This document shows positions 17,018 to 25,252 of a stretch of DNA of 64,000 nt, piece by piece. The first letter of the stretch is position 1, and every line of letters begins with the position of its first letter. The position numbers and the translations under genes were made by a program. Below the pieces are notes generated by a model. It did no database searches and was not told where the DNA came from. It worked only from the letters and a program-made list of their open reading frames with translations. Source of the stretch: an uncultured Actinomycetes bacterium (lineage in GTDB: Bacteria; Actinomycetota; Actinomycetes; Streptosporangiales; Streptosporangiaceae). Where the stretch lies: positions 223,641 to 287,640 of the forward strand of contig CAWBKD010000005.1 in assembly GCA_963789225.1 (NCBI GenBank), written 5' to 3'.

Positions 17018-19936
17018 CTAACCGCGCCTTGCGCCCCGTCTGCGCCCGCGTCGCCGCACCCACAGGCAGGTAATGGGCAGCGCGGTGAAGACCCCGCCGA
17101 CGGCGGCGCCCGCGACGGCCCCGCTGGCCGTCTGCGCGCCACCATTGCCACCGCCGCCGAACGGCTGCGGGGTGTCCTGCGGGGTGGTCGTGCTGCAGGT
17201 CACTTGCTGCGGGTCGCAGGTGTACGTGGGGAACGGGTTGGGGTTGCCCGCGCCCGAGCTCGGCTGGGGACCCGGGTTCTGCCCATTCCCGTTCTGGCCG
17301 TTGCCCTTGTTGTGCTTCGGCGCCTTCCGCAGGTTCGGCGGGACCAGGTTCCACGCGGTGCCGGTGAAGGTCGGCTGCTGGAACTGCTGCACCCCGATCG
17401 GGACGAACATGTCCTCCGCGTAGGTGTGCCAGATCGTCGCCGGCCAGGTCCCGCCGAACCCGCCCTGGCTCTGACCGCCGAGGTTGTTGAGGGTCTCGGA
17501 CCCGGTCCCCGACTGGTTGCTCGTGAAGATTCCCAGGGCGAGGGCCTGGCTCGGGATGGCACCGATGAAGAACGCCGACTGCGCGGTGTTCGTGGTGCCG
17601 GTCTTGGCGATGATCGGCTGCCCGTTGCTCATCGCGGCCACCGTGGCCGTGCCGTAGTTGGTGGTCTCGGACATCGCGTACTGGACCTGGGAGTCCTCTT
17701 CGGCGTTCAGCGTCGGGTTGGCGTTGAACACCTGGGCGCTGTTGATCACGATCGGGGTTTGCACGCCGTTCAGCGTGATCGACGTGATCACGTGCTCGTC
17801 GTGGTAGACGCCGTTATCGGCGATGGTGGCCAGCATCGAGGCCTGCTCGCCGACGGTCAGCGAGGCCTGGCCCAGGGTGACGCCGTAGTCGTCCTGCATG
17901 TCGTCGGGACCGGTGATGCCGGCCGCGTCGGTGTCCACGCCGAACGCCTGCGCCATCTGGGCCACGTTGTTGGCCGTCGTCGTGCTGCCCTGCCCGGCCA
18001 CGACGTGCCACAGGTCCGAGTACGCGGTGTTGATCGATTCGGCCATGGCCAGCTGCGGCGTGAACGGGCCGTTCTCCGCCGCGGAGTCGTTGGTGACCAG
18101 TTTCGACCACCCGTTCGAATTGGCCGGGAGAGAGGTGGACGGGTAGGCCTTGGGCTCGTAGTCCGGCGGGATGTACTGGTAATCGAAGCCGTCCAGCGTG
18201 CTGGTCTTCACGTTCATGCCCTGCTTGACCGCCGTGGCCAGGATGTACGGCTTGAACGAGGAACCGACCTGCTCGCGGTTGTACACCGCCATGTTGACTT
18301 CGCAGTCGATCTTCGCGCACTCACGGGCGGTGATGACGCGCCCGACCCCGTTGTACTTGTATCCTGGGTAGCCGGGGCCCGGGTACAGGGCCTGGATCGC
18401 ACCGGTAGCCGGATCCACAAGCACGGCGCCGACGTGCATATACGACTCGAACGGGTAGGCGCTGGCGTTCATCTGCGCCTCGTTCGTGATGACCGCCTGG
18501 TAGATCGCCTTCATCTTTGCGTCGTCGATCGACGTCCTGATGGTGTAGCCGCCGTCGTAGATCTGCGACCAGGTCAGGTGGTAGACCTGCTCCAGCTCGT
18601 TCCTGACCATGAACATGATGTAGGGATCCCACGGCTGCGGGCCGAAGCTCTGCGGGACGTTGTCCCCGATCCCGGGGAACTTCTCCGCCGCGGCGGCCTG
18701 CGCGCTCAGCGTGCCCGTCTGCACCATCCCGGTGAGCACGTACCTCCAGCGGGCTTCGAGCTGCGCCCGGTACTGCGGCAGCGGGTACGTGCTCGGCTGC
18801 TGGATCAAAGCGGCGATGACCGCGTCCTGCGCCACGCTGAGCTGCCCGACCTTCAGGCCGAAGTACGTCTCGGCAGCGGCCTCCACCCCGTAGCTACCGT
18901 TGCCCAGGTAGATCGTGTTGAGGTAGTTCTCCAGGATCCACTGCTTGGACTTCTCCTTGGCGATCTTCATCGCCACGAAGATCTCCTTGAGCTTGCGGCT
19001 GAGCGTCTGTTGGGTACCGATCCCCTGGTAGTAATTCCTGACGAACTGCTGGGTGATGGTCGAGCCGCCCTGCAGGTCCTCGCCCTTGACGTCGGCGAGG
19101 GCGGCGCGCACGATACCGTCGGGGGAGATGCCCCCCTCGGTCCAGAAGTGCCGGTCCTCGGCGGCGAGCACCGCGTTGACCAGGTTGTTCGGAATCTGGT
19201 TCAGGGTCAGCATCACCCGGTCGGTGGTGCCGAACCGCCCGATGAGCGTGCCGTTGCTCGAGTACACCAGGGTCTGCGCGTAGCCGGTGCCCGCCATCGC
19301 CGCGGTGGGAACCGGCGTGTCCTCGTACGCCACGGCCACGACGATGGCGCCCAGCACGACGATGCCGCCGACGATGCCCAGGAACACGCCCAGGACCTTT
19401 AGCGGTGTCCAGTGCCGCCACCAGCTGCCCTTGACCTTTGACCGGCCAGGCCCGCGAGTTCCGGGACCACCGGGACCGGCAGGGCCGCCAGGGCCGCCGG
19501 GGCCGCCGGGACCTCCCGGGCCGCCGGGGCCGCCTGGGATCCAGGCCGTGGTGCGCCCGGGCATCCCCGCGCCCCAGGTGGGCTGGCCGGCGTCTCGCAT
19601 CCCGGTCGTCCGCGCATGGCTGCCTGTGCGCCTGTTCCGCTCGCCCGCGTCCTGGCCTACATCGGGGTAGCCGGTGGCCTGGCTGTCGGGATAGTCGGCC
19701 TGCGGCCTGCGGAATCCCTGGGTGTCCCAGCCCTGAGCGTCGTAGCCGAGGTCGTAGTCGACGGTGCTCCCCTGGCCGGGCGGGAGCTCGTATCCGCTGC
19801 GGGGGTAGCCGCCGCCGGGGTAGCCGCCGTTGGCGTAGTCCTCGTTGGCCTGGTTTGCGCCTGCCCCGCTGGCGAAGGAATCTCCGTTGCGCACATCGCG
19901 ATAGCGAATGTCAAAGTCGTCGGCTTTGCTGCTCAC
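17018..19936 (-). CDS. class A penicillin-binding protein (transglycosylase/transpeptidase) with disordered N- and C-terminal regions
   Basis: GT51 motifs are present (AAEDRHFWTEGGISPDGIVRA, GGSTITQQFVRN, RKLKEIFVAMKIAKE). The transpeptidase motifs are SSFKP and KTGTT. One TM helix follows a ~190-aa Gly/Pro/Tyr-rich N-terminus. Confidence 0.93.
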   Translation of the reverse strand: MSSKADDFDIRYRDVRNGDSFASGAGANQANEDYANGGYPGGGYPRSGYELPPGQGSTVDYDLGYDAQGWDTQGFRRPQADYPDSQATGYPDVGQDAGERNRRTGSHARTTGMRDAGQPTWGAGMPGRTTAWIPGGPGGPGGPGGPGGPGGPAGPGGPGTRGPGRSKVKGSWWRHWTPLKVLGVFLGIVGGIVVLGAIVVAVAYEDTPVPTAAMAGTGYAQTLVYSSNGTLIGRFGTTDRVMLTLNQIPNNLVNAVLAAEDRHFWTEGGISPDGIVRAALADVKGEDLQGGSTITQQFVRNYYQGIGTQQTLSRKLKEIFVAMKIAKEKSKQWILENYLNTIYLGNGSYGVEAAAETYFGLKVGQLSVAQDAVIAALIQQPSTYPLPQYRAQLEARWRYVLTGMVQTGTLSAQAAAAEKFPGIGDNVPQSFGPQPWDPYIMFMVRNELEQVYHLTWSQIYDGGYTIRTSIDDAKMKAIYQAVITNEAQMNASAYPFESYMHVGAVLVDPATGAIQALYPGPGYPGYKYNGVGRVITARECAKIDCEVNMAVYNREQVGSSFKPYILATAVKQGMNVKTSTLDGFDYQYIPPDYEPKAYPSTSLPANSNGWSKLVTNDSAAENGPFTPQLAMAESINTAYSDLWHVVAGQGSTTTANNVAQMAQAFGVDTDAAGITGPDDMQDDYGVTLGQASLTVGEQASMLATIADNGVYHDEHVITSITLNGVQTPIVINSAQVFNANPTLNAEEDSQVQYAMSETTNYGTATVAAMSNGQPIIAKTGTTNTAQSAFFIGAIPSQALALGIFTSNQSGTGSETLNNLGGQSQGGFGGTWPATIWHTYAEDMFVPIGVQQFQQPTFTGTAWNLVPPNLRKAPKHNKGNGQNGNGQNPGPQPSSGAGNPNPFPTYTCDPQQVTCSTTTPQDTPQPFGGGGNGGAQTASGAVAGAAVGGVFTALPITCLWVRRRGRRRGARRG
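19461..19537 (-). repeat. in-frame tandem GGNCCN repeats encoding (PGG)n inside the PBP gene
   Basis: The sequence ccgggaccaccgggaccggcagggccgccagggccgccggggccgccgggacctcccgggccgccggggccgcc encodes IPGGPGGPGGPGGPGGPGGPAGPGGPG. Confidence 0.85.
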
Positions 19937-20053
19937 GCGCGTCCTCGCTGTGGCTCGGAGACCGCGGTAGCGGGTGTGCGGCCTCTACCCGAAGGGCGGG
20001 TCCAGCGGTCCGGGAACCCACCCGACTGACACGTTACCTCGTGAATTGGATCT

Positions 20054-20458
20054 TCATTGGCTAGTCCGCGCACGTCGCCCTCGGCGCACCACAGGTTCGC
20101 CGGTGCCGAGCACGTACGAGCAGGCCAGGTGATTCCACCCGCAGCCCTGGCAGACCTCGACGACGTAGACCCGGAATTCGCCGTACTCCGCGGCCATCTC
20201 GGCGAGCTCCCGCGACTGCTTGACACGCCCCTCGTACTGCCCGAGTTCGTCGCCGTAAACATAGGTAACGTGGGTGAGCCTGGTCTTCTTGCAGATCGGG
20301 CAGCGGTCCTGGGTGGGCTCGCCGTGGAACTTGGCGGCCCGCAGCAGGTAAGGGTGAGCGTCGCAGACGTCAGCGACGGTCGTCTGCCCGGCGTACACGG
20401 ACGCGAGCGTTGCCCGGCGGGCAAGCCCGTAGTCCACGACCGAACGCCTCGACGTCAC
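20054..20458 (-). CDS. DUF5318 family protein
   Basis: MTSRRSVVDYGLARRATLASV...DAHPYLLRAAKFHGEPTQDRCPICKK...VCQGCGWNHL (two CxxC pairs). It occupies the conserved position between the PBP and PadR-ino1. Confidence 0.8.
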   Translation of the reverse strand: MTSRRSVVDYGLARRATLASVYAGQTTVADVCDAHPYLLRAAKFHGEPTQDRCPICKKTRLTHVTYVYGDELGQYEGRVKQSRELAEMAAEYGEFRVYVVEVCQGCGWNHLACSYVLGTGEPVVRRGRRARTSQ

Positions 20459-20565
20459 TCCGCCAGAGTACGTCGGAACCAGGGCCGGAGCCGAGCCCGG
20501 AGGTGATCATGTTCGCGGGCAGCGGCACGGGGTTGCGGATGAACAGGGGACCACATACTATCCAC

Positions 20566-20584
20566 ATGTATCGATGCGATACAT
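20566..20584. promoter_or_regulatory. perfect inverted repeat ATGTATCG-ATG-CGATACAT, candidate PadR operator in an AT-rich divergent promoter region
   Basis: 8-bp arms with a 3-nt spacer. It has an ATGT...ACAT outline like known PadR operators. The -10-like motif TATAAAT lies at 20602-20608, and the site is ~85 nt upstream of padR. Confidence 0.45.
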
Positions 20585-20669
20585 CGAGATGATGTAACGG
20601 ATATAAATATCGTCGCGACGCATCGCACGGATACACCCGATAGGAAGATTAGGCACCTCTGGGGGCAGC

Positions 20670-21293
20670 GTGGGCCGCAACCGATCCGGCGTACTGGAAC
20701 TCGCCGTGCTTGGGCTGCTGCACCGAACACCCATGCACGGGTACGAGCTGCGCAAGCGGCTGTACACCGTACTCGGCGCGTTCCGCGCGTTTTCCTACGG
20801 GTCGCTCTACCCCTGCCTGCAAGAGCTGCTCGCCGACGGCCTGATCGTCGAGGAGCACGAGCAGGACGAGCCGGCCGGCGCAGCCGGGCCCGCCGGGACC
20901 GCGCGATCCCGGACGAGCCGGCGGTCGCGGAAGGTGTACCGGCTGACCGCCGACGGCAAGGAGCGGCTGCAGGAGCTCCTCGGCGAGGGCGGCCCCGCGG
21001 CGTGGGAAGACGACGGGTTCGGCGTTCATTTCGCGTTTTTCGGGCTGACCCGGGCCGACGTACGGCTCCGGATCCTGGAGGGCCGCCGCAGCAGGCTCGA
21101 GGAACGCATGGAGGCCATCCGGGCGGCGTTCACGCGCACCAGGGAACGGGTTGACAGCTACACGCTGGAACTGCACCGCCATGGCCTGGAATCAGTCGAG
21201 CGGGAAGTCCGCTGGCTCAACGAGCTGATCGCCTCTGAACGGCAGGCTGGCGAACAGGGACACATTTCCGAGAAGGAGCATCCTGATGGGTAA
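20670..21293 (+). CDS. PadR family transcriptional regulator
   Basis: The winged-helix N-terminus reads [51 protein letters not shown]. Confidence 0.9.
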   Translation: MGRNRSGVLELAVLGLLHRTPMHGYELRKRLYTVLGAFRAFSYGSLYPCLQELLADGLIVEEHEQDEPAGAAGPAGTARSRTSRRSRKVYRLTADGKERLQELLGEGGPAAWEDDGFGVHFAFFGLTRADVRLRILEGRRSRLEERMEAIRAAFTRTRERVDSYTLELHRHGLESVEREVRWLNELIASERQAGEQGHISEKEHPDG

Positions 21294-22365
21294 GGTACGC
21301 ATCGCCATCGTGGGGGTGGGTAACTGCGCCAGTTCCCTCGTGCAGGGACTGGAGTATTACAAGGACGCCGACGACGGCGCCCGGATTCCCGGCCTCATGC
21401 ATGTCCGGTTCGGCCCGTACCACATCAGCGACGTGGAGGTTGTCGCCGCGTTCGACGTGGACGCCAAGAAGGTGGGCTGCGACCTGGCCGAGGCCATCGT
21501 GGCCAGCGAGAACAACACGATCAAGATCGCCGAGGTGCCGCCGACCGGCGTGATCGTCCAGCGCGGGCCCACGCTCGACGGCCTCGGCGAGTACTACAGG
21601 GAGATCATCACCGAGTCCGACGAGCCGCCCGCCGACGTGGTGCAGGTGCTCACGGCCACCGGTGCCGACGTGCTCGTCTCTTACCTGCCCGTGGGTTCGG
21701 AGGAGGCCGGCCAGTACTACGCCCAGTGTGCCATCGACGCGCGGGTCGCCTTCGTGAACGCGCTGCCCGTGTTCATCGCCTCCGACCCGCAGTGGGCCGC
21801 GAAGTTCACCGAGGCGGGCGTGCCGATCATCGGCGACGACATCAAGTCCCAGGTCGGCGCCACGATCACGCACCGGGTCCTGGCCAAGCTGTTCGAAGAC
21901 CGCGGGGTCGAGCTGCTGCGCACCTACCAGCTCAACTTCGGCGGCAACATGGACTTCATGAACATGCTGGAGCGCAAAAGGCTCCAGTCGAAGAAGATCT
22001 CCAAGACCCGCGCGGTCACCTCGCAGGTCCCGCACGAGATGGAACGGGCGGCCGTGCACATCGGCCCCTCGGACTACGTGCCGTGGCTCGATGACCGCAA
22101 GATGGCGTACGTCAGGCTGGAGGGGCGCGCGTTCGGCGACGTCCCGCTCAACCTGGAATACAAGCTCGAGGTCTGGGACTCCCCCAACTCGGCCGGGGTG
22201 ATCATCGACGCGGTGCGCGCGGCCAAGATCGCGCTGGACCGGGGCATCGGGGGGCCCGTGATCTCCGCGAGCTCGTACTTCATGAAGTCGCCGCCCGAGC
22301 AGTACGGCAACGACGTCTGCCGTGACCTGGTGGAGAAGTTCATCCGTGGCGAGGTCGCGCGCTGA
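21286..22365 (+). CDS. ino1: inositol-3-phosphate synthase
   Basis: [28 protein letters not shown]...YLPVGSEEA...[15 protein letters not shown]...[17 protein letters not shown] lies upstream. The gene overlaps the padR stop by 8 nt. Confidence 0.95.
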   Translation: MGKVRIAIVGVGNCASSLVQGLEYYKDADDGARIPGLMHVRFGPYHISDVEVVAAFDVDAKKVGCDLAEAIVASENNTIKIAEVPPTGVIVQRGPTLDGLGEYYREIITESDEPPADVVQVLTATGADVLVSYLPVGSEEAGQYYAQCAIDARVAFVNALPVFIASDPQWAAKFTEAGVPIIGDDIKSQVGATITHRVLAKLFEDRGVELLRTYQLNFGGNMDFMNMLERKRLQSKKISKTRAVTSQVPHEMERAAVHIGPSDYVPWLDDRKMAYVRLEGRAFGDVPLNLEYKLEVWDSPNSAGVIIDAVRAAKIALDRGIGGPVISASSYFMKSPPEQYGNDVCRDLVEKFIRGEVAR

Positions 22366-22388
22366 GCACCGACGCCTAAGCTGGACGG

Positions 22389-23783
22389 GTGGACCGGCGC
22401 AGATCGACGTTCATCGGTGACCTGCGCACGGTCCTGGCCGAGCGGGACTTCCGGCGGCTGTTCGCCACCCGCCTGGTGTCGCAGACCGGCGACGGCATCA
22501 TCACCGCCGGGGTTGGCACGTACGTGTTCTTCAACGCGTCCACGTTCCCGAGTCCGTCCGCAGGCGCAGCCGCCTTCACCGTCCTTTACCTGCCGTATTC
22601 GCTCGTAGGCCCGTTCGCTGGCGTGTTCATCGACCGTTGGTCCCGGCGCCAGATCCTGGTCTGGTCGGCGTTGCTGCGCGCCTCGTTCGTGGTGCTGACC
22701 GCGGCGCTGATGGCGGCAGGCAACCGCTCGGTGCCGCTGTACGTCGCGTTGCTGCTCGTGCTCGGTGTCAACCGGTTCTTGCTGTCCACGCTGTCGGCGG
22801 CGCTGCCGCATGTGGTCGACGGGGACCTGCTGGTGATGGCCAACGCGGTGGCGCCGACCGCCGGCGGCATCATGGCGATCATCGGCGGCCTCGTCGCGCT
22901 GGGGCTCAACGTGGCCACCGGCAACACCGAGCGCGGCGCCGCGGTCACTGTGCTGGCCGGGGGCGCCTGTTACGTGGCGGCCAGCCTGGTCGCGGCCACC
23001 ATGCCCCGCGACCTCCTCGGGCCGATCCGCGAGCCCGGGGCTCCGCCGCTGGGGCGGCTGCGCAGCCAACTCGGCCAGGTCGCGGTCGGCCTGGCCGACG
23101 GCGCGCGCTATATCGTCAAGCGACGCGGCCCGGCGGCAGCGCTGGGCGCAACCGGCGGCTTCAGCCTCCTGCTCGGGCCGCTGTTCTTGATGGCAATCCT
23201 GCTGTACCGGAACTACTTCTACCGGTCGAGCGTCAAGCTCGCCGAGGGGCACTTCGGGACGCTGGTTGCGGTCGCCGGGGTCGGCTACTTCTGCGCGGCG
23301 CTGTTGACCCCGGCCGTGACCAGGCGGCTGTCCAAGACAACGTGGATCACCGTGCTGCTCGCCGCGAGCGCCGTAGTGACCGCCGCGCTGGGCGAGACGT
23401 TTGTCCAGCTCGCCTACCTGGCCATCGGGTTCTGCCTGTACCTCACACGGCAGGGCGTGGCGATCAGCGCGACCACGATCTTGCAGGAGGAGGTGGACGA
23501 CGCCTACCGGGGCCGGGCGTTCGCCTTCTACGACATGATGTTCAACGTCACGTACGCCATCGGCGCCGTAATCTTCGCGGCCTTCATGCCGTCCGACGGC
23601 CGCTCACCGGCCATCGTCGGCGCAGTAGCCGCGGGGTACGCGATGTTCGCGGCCGGCTACTGGCTATGGTCGCGCGGCGGCGTCCGATCGTCGCCGGACC
23701 CGGCGGCACCGGGCTCATCCTCGTCGGGCTCCGGCTCCGGGACGGATATACCCTCGTCCGCCGCCCAGCGCCGCAGTTCCTGA
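22389..23783 (+). CDS. MFS transporter
   Basis: 464 aa, ~12 TM helices. The N-terminus is typical (FRRLFATRLVSQTGDGIITAGVGTYVF; GVFIDRWSRRQILV loop motif). The tail is Ser/Gly/Pro-rich. Confidence 0.85.
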   Translation: MDRRRSTFIGDLRTVLAERDFRRLFATRLVSQTGDGIITAGVGTYVFFNASTFPSPSAGAAAFTVLYLPYSLVGPFAGVFIDRWSRRQILVWSALLRASFVVLTAALMAAGNRSVPLYVALLLVLGVNRFLLSTLSAALPHVVDGDLLVMANAVAPTAGGIMAIIGGLVALGLNVATGNTERGAAVTVLAGGACYVAASLVAATMPRDLLGPIREPGAPPLGRLRSQLGQVAVGLADGARYIVKRRGPAAALGATGGFSLLLGPLFLMAILLYRNYFYRSSVKLAEGHFGTLVAVAGVGYFCAALLTPAVTRRLSKTTWITVLLAASAVVTAALGETFVQLAYLAIGFCLYLTRQGVAISATTILQEEVDDAYRGRAFAFYDMMFNVTYAIGAVIFAAFMPSDGRSPAIVGAVAAGYAMFAAGYWLWSRGGVRSSPDPAAPGSSSSGSGSGTDIPSSAAQRRSS

Positions 23784-25180
23784 GTCACCCGCTCACGGCC
23801 GAGCCCGCCCTCGGCGATCCGCAGCTCAAGCAGGAAGTTATAGGCCTTCCCGACCAGCGGGCCCGGGGCCAGGCCGAGGATGCGCATTATCTCGTTGCCG
23901 TCGAGCTCCGGCCTGATCCTGGCCAGCTCCTCCTGCTCGCTCAGCTCGGCGATGCGCAGCTCGAGGTCGTCGTACACGCGGGCCAGCCTTTCCGCCTTCG
24001 CGCGATTCCGCGTCGTGCAATCGGCCCTGGTCAGCACGTGCAGGCGGGTGAGCAGGGGCCCGGCGTCGCGGACGTACCTGCGAACCGCCGAGTCCGTCCA
24101 CTCACCCTCCGCGTAACCGTGGAACCGCAGGTGCAGCGCGACGAGCTTGGTGGTATCCCGCACCACGTCGTTCGGGAAGCGCAACGCGGTCAGCCTGCGC
24201 TTGGTCATCGTGGCGCCGACCACCTCGTGCAGGTGGAACGCGACCCGCCCGCCGGGCAGCAGCGTCCGGGTCTGGGGCTTGCCGATGTCGTGCAGCAGCG
24301 CGGCCAGCCGGACCCTCAGGTCGCCCTCAAGCCCGTAACGCGGCTCCAGCTGGATCGCCTGCCGGAGCACCGTCAGGCTGTGCTGGTAGACATCCTTATG
24401 CCGGTGATGTTCGTCCGCCTCCATCCGCAGTTTGGACACCTCGGGCAGCACCTGCTCGGCGACCCCGGTCTGCACCAGCACGTCGATGCCCAGCGCCGGG
24501 TCTGGGGTGAGCATCAGCTTCTCGAGCTCGCCGGCGATCCGCTCGGCGGAGACGATCTCCAGCCGGGGCGCCTGCTCGGTCATGGCCGCCCGCACGTCCG
24601 CGGGGACCGCGAACCCGAGCTTGGCCGCGAACCTGGCCGCGCGCAAGATCCGGAGCGGATCGTCGCTGAACGAGTCCTCCGGGCGTCCCGGGGTCCGCAG
24701 CACCCCCGCCCTGAGCGCGTCCAGGCCGCCGAACGGATCGACGAGCTCGTAGTCGGGCAGCCTGGCCGCCATCGCGTTGATCGTGAAATCGCGCCGGCTC
24801 AGGTCCTCCTCAAGGGAGCGCCCGTACCGCACGTCGGGCTTGCGCGAGTGGGTCCGGTACTGCTCGCTGCGGTAGGTGGTGATCTCGAAGGTGACGCCGC
24901 GCTTGCGCAGGCCGATGGTGCCGAAGGCGATCCCGACCGTCCACACATGATCGGCCCACCCGCGGACCAGCTCCATGACCTGCTCGGGCGTGGCGTCGGT
25001 GGTCAGGTCGAGGTCGGTGGGCCGCTGGCCGAGGAACACGTCCCTGACCGGCCCGCCGACCAGGGCGAGGTCGTAGCCGTGGCGCATAAACAGCTGGCCG
25101 ATCTCGCCGGCTGCGGGCACCTTATCGCGCAGCATCGCGGCCGCCGCCTTCCGCTGTTCGTCGCTCATGGACACGGCCAT
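23657..25180 (-). CDS. cca: CCA tRNA nucleotidyltransferase / poly(A) polymerase family with HD domain
   Basis: LALVGGPVRDVFLGQRPTDLDLTTDATPEQV, RRDFTINAMA, and HD region LHDIGKP...HHRHKD. The start is ATG 25180 or 25168 (ORF extends to 25231). Confidence 0.9.
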   Translation of the reverse strand: MAVSMSDEQRKAAAAMLRDKVPAAGEIGQLFMRHGYDLALVGGPVRDVFLGQRPTDLDLTTDATPEQVMELVRGWADHVWTVGIAFGTIGLRKRGVTFEITTYRSEQYRTHSRKPDVRYGRSLEEDLSRRDFTINAMAARLPDYELVDPFGGLDALRAGVLRTPGRPEDSFSDDPLRILRAARFAAKLGFAVPADVRAAMTEQAPRLEIVSAERIAGELEKLMLTPDPALGIDVLVQTGVAEQVLPEVSKLRMEADEHHRHKDVYQHSLTVLRQAIQLEPRYGLEGDLRVRLAALLHDIGKPQTRTLLPGGRVAFHLHEVVGATMTKRRLTALRFPNDVVRDTTKLVALHLRFHGYAEGEWTDSAVRRYVRDAGPLLTRLHVLTRADCTTRNRAKAERLARVYDDLELRIAELSEQEELARIRPELDGNEIMRILGLAPGPLVGKAYNFLLELRIAEGGLGRERVTQELRRWAADEGISVPEPEPDEDEPGAAGSGDDRTPPRDHSQ

Positions 25181-25252
25181 CGAGAGTAGCGATCGCACGC
25201 GCCCCGCGCGAATACCATTCCTGGTGTGCACGGCTTGCTACCGGCGAACCTC

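Noticed and set aside
15609-17354. The full 581-aa version of the GT87 ORF, and N-terminal extensions of many other ORFs (rplI to 13142, rpsF to 14611, jag to 42577, cca to 25231).
   Set aside because: The extensions overlap upstream genes, lack family sequence, and are Arg/Pro-rich. Internal starts with an SD or family-consistent N-termini were chosen instead.
19461-19537. Short tandem repeats (PBP PGG repeats, murJ Pro repeats) considered as a possible CRISPR array or VNTR.
   Set aside because: The units are 6-15 nt, in-frame and coding for Pro/Gly linkers. There is no repeat-spacer architecture. No CRISPR array, cas gene or rRNA gene was seen in the window.
22637-25189. Very long ORFs antisense to or overlapping recognised genes. 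Examples: 22637..25189 (850 aa), 27417..29612 (731 aa), 17204..19402 (732 aa), 44440..45828 (462 aa), 52012..53472 (486 aa), 21217..22059, 39979..40596 and many others in the track.
   Set aside because: Their translations are Arg/Pro/Gly/His-rich low-complexity strings with no motifs. Each lies opposite, or out of frame with, a gene that has unmistakable family signatures. These are typical shadow ORFs of ~70% G+C DNA.
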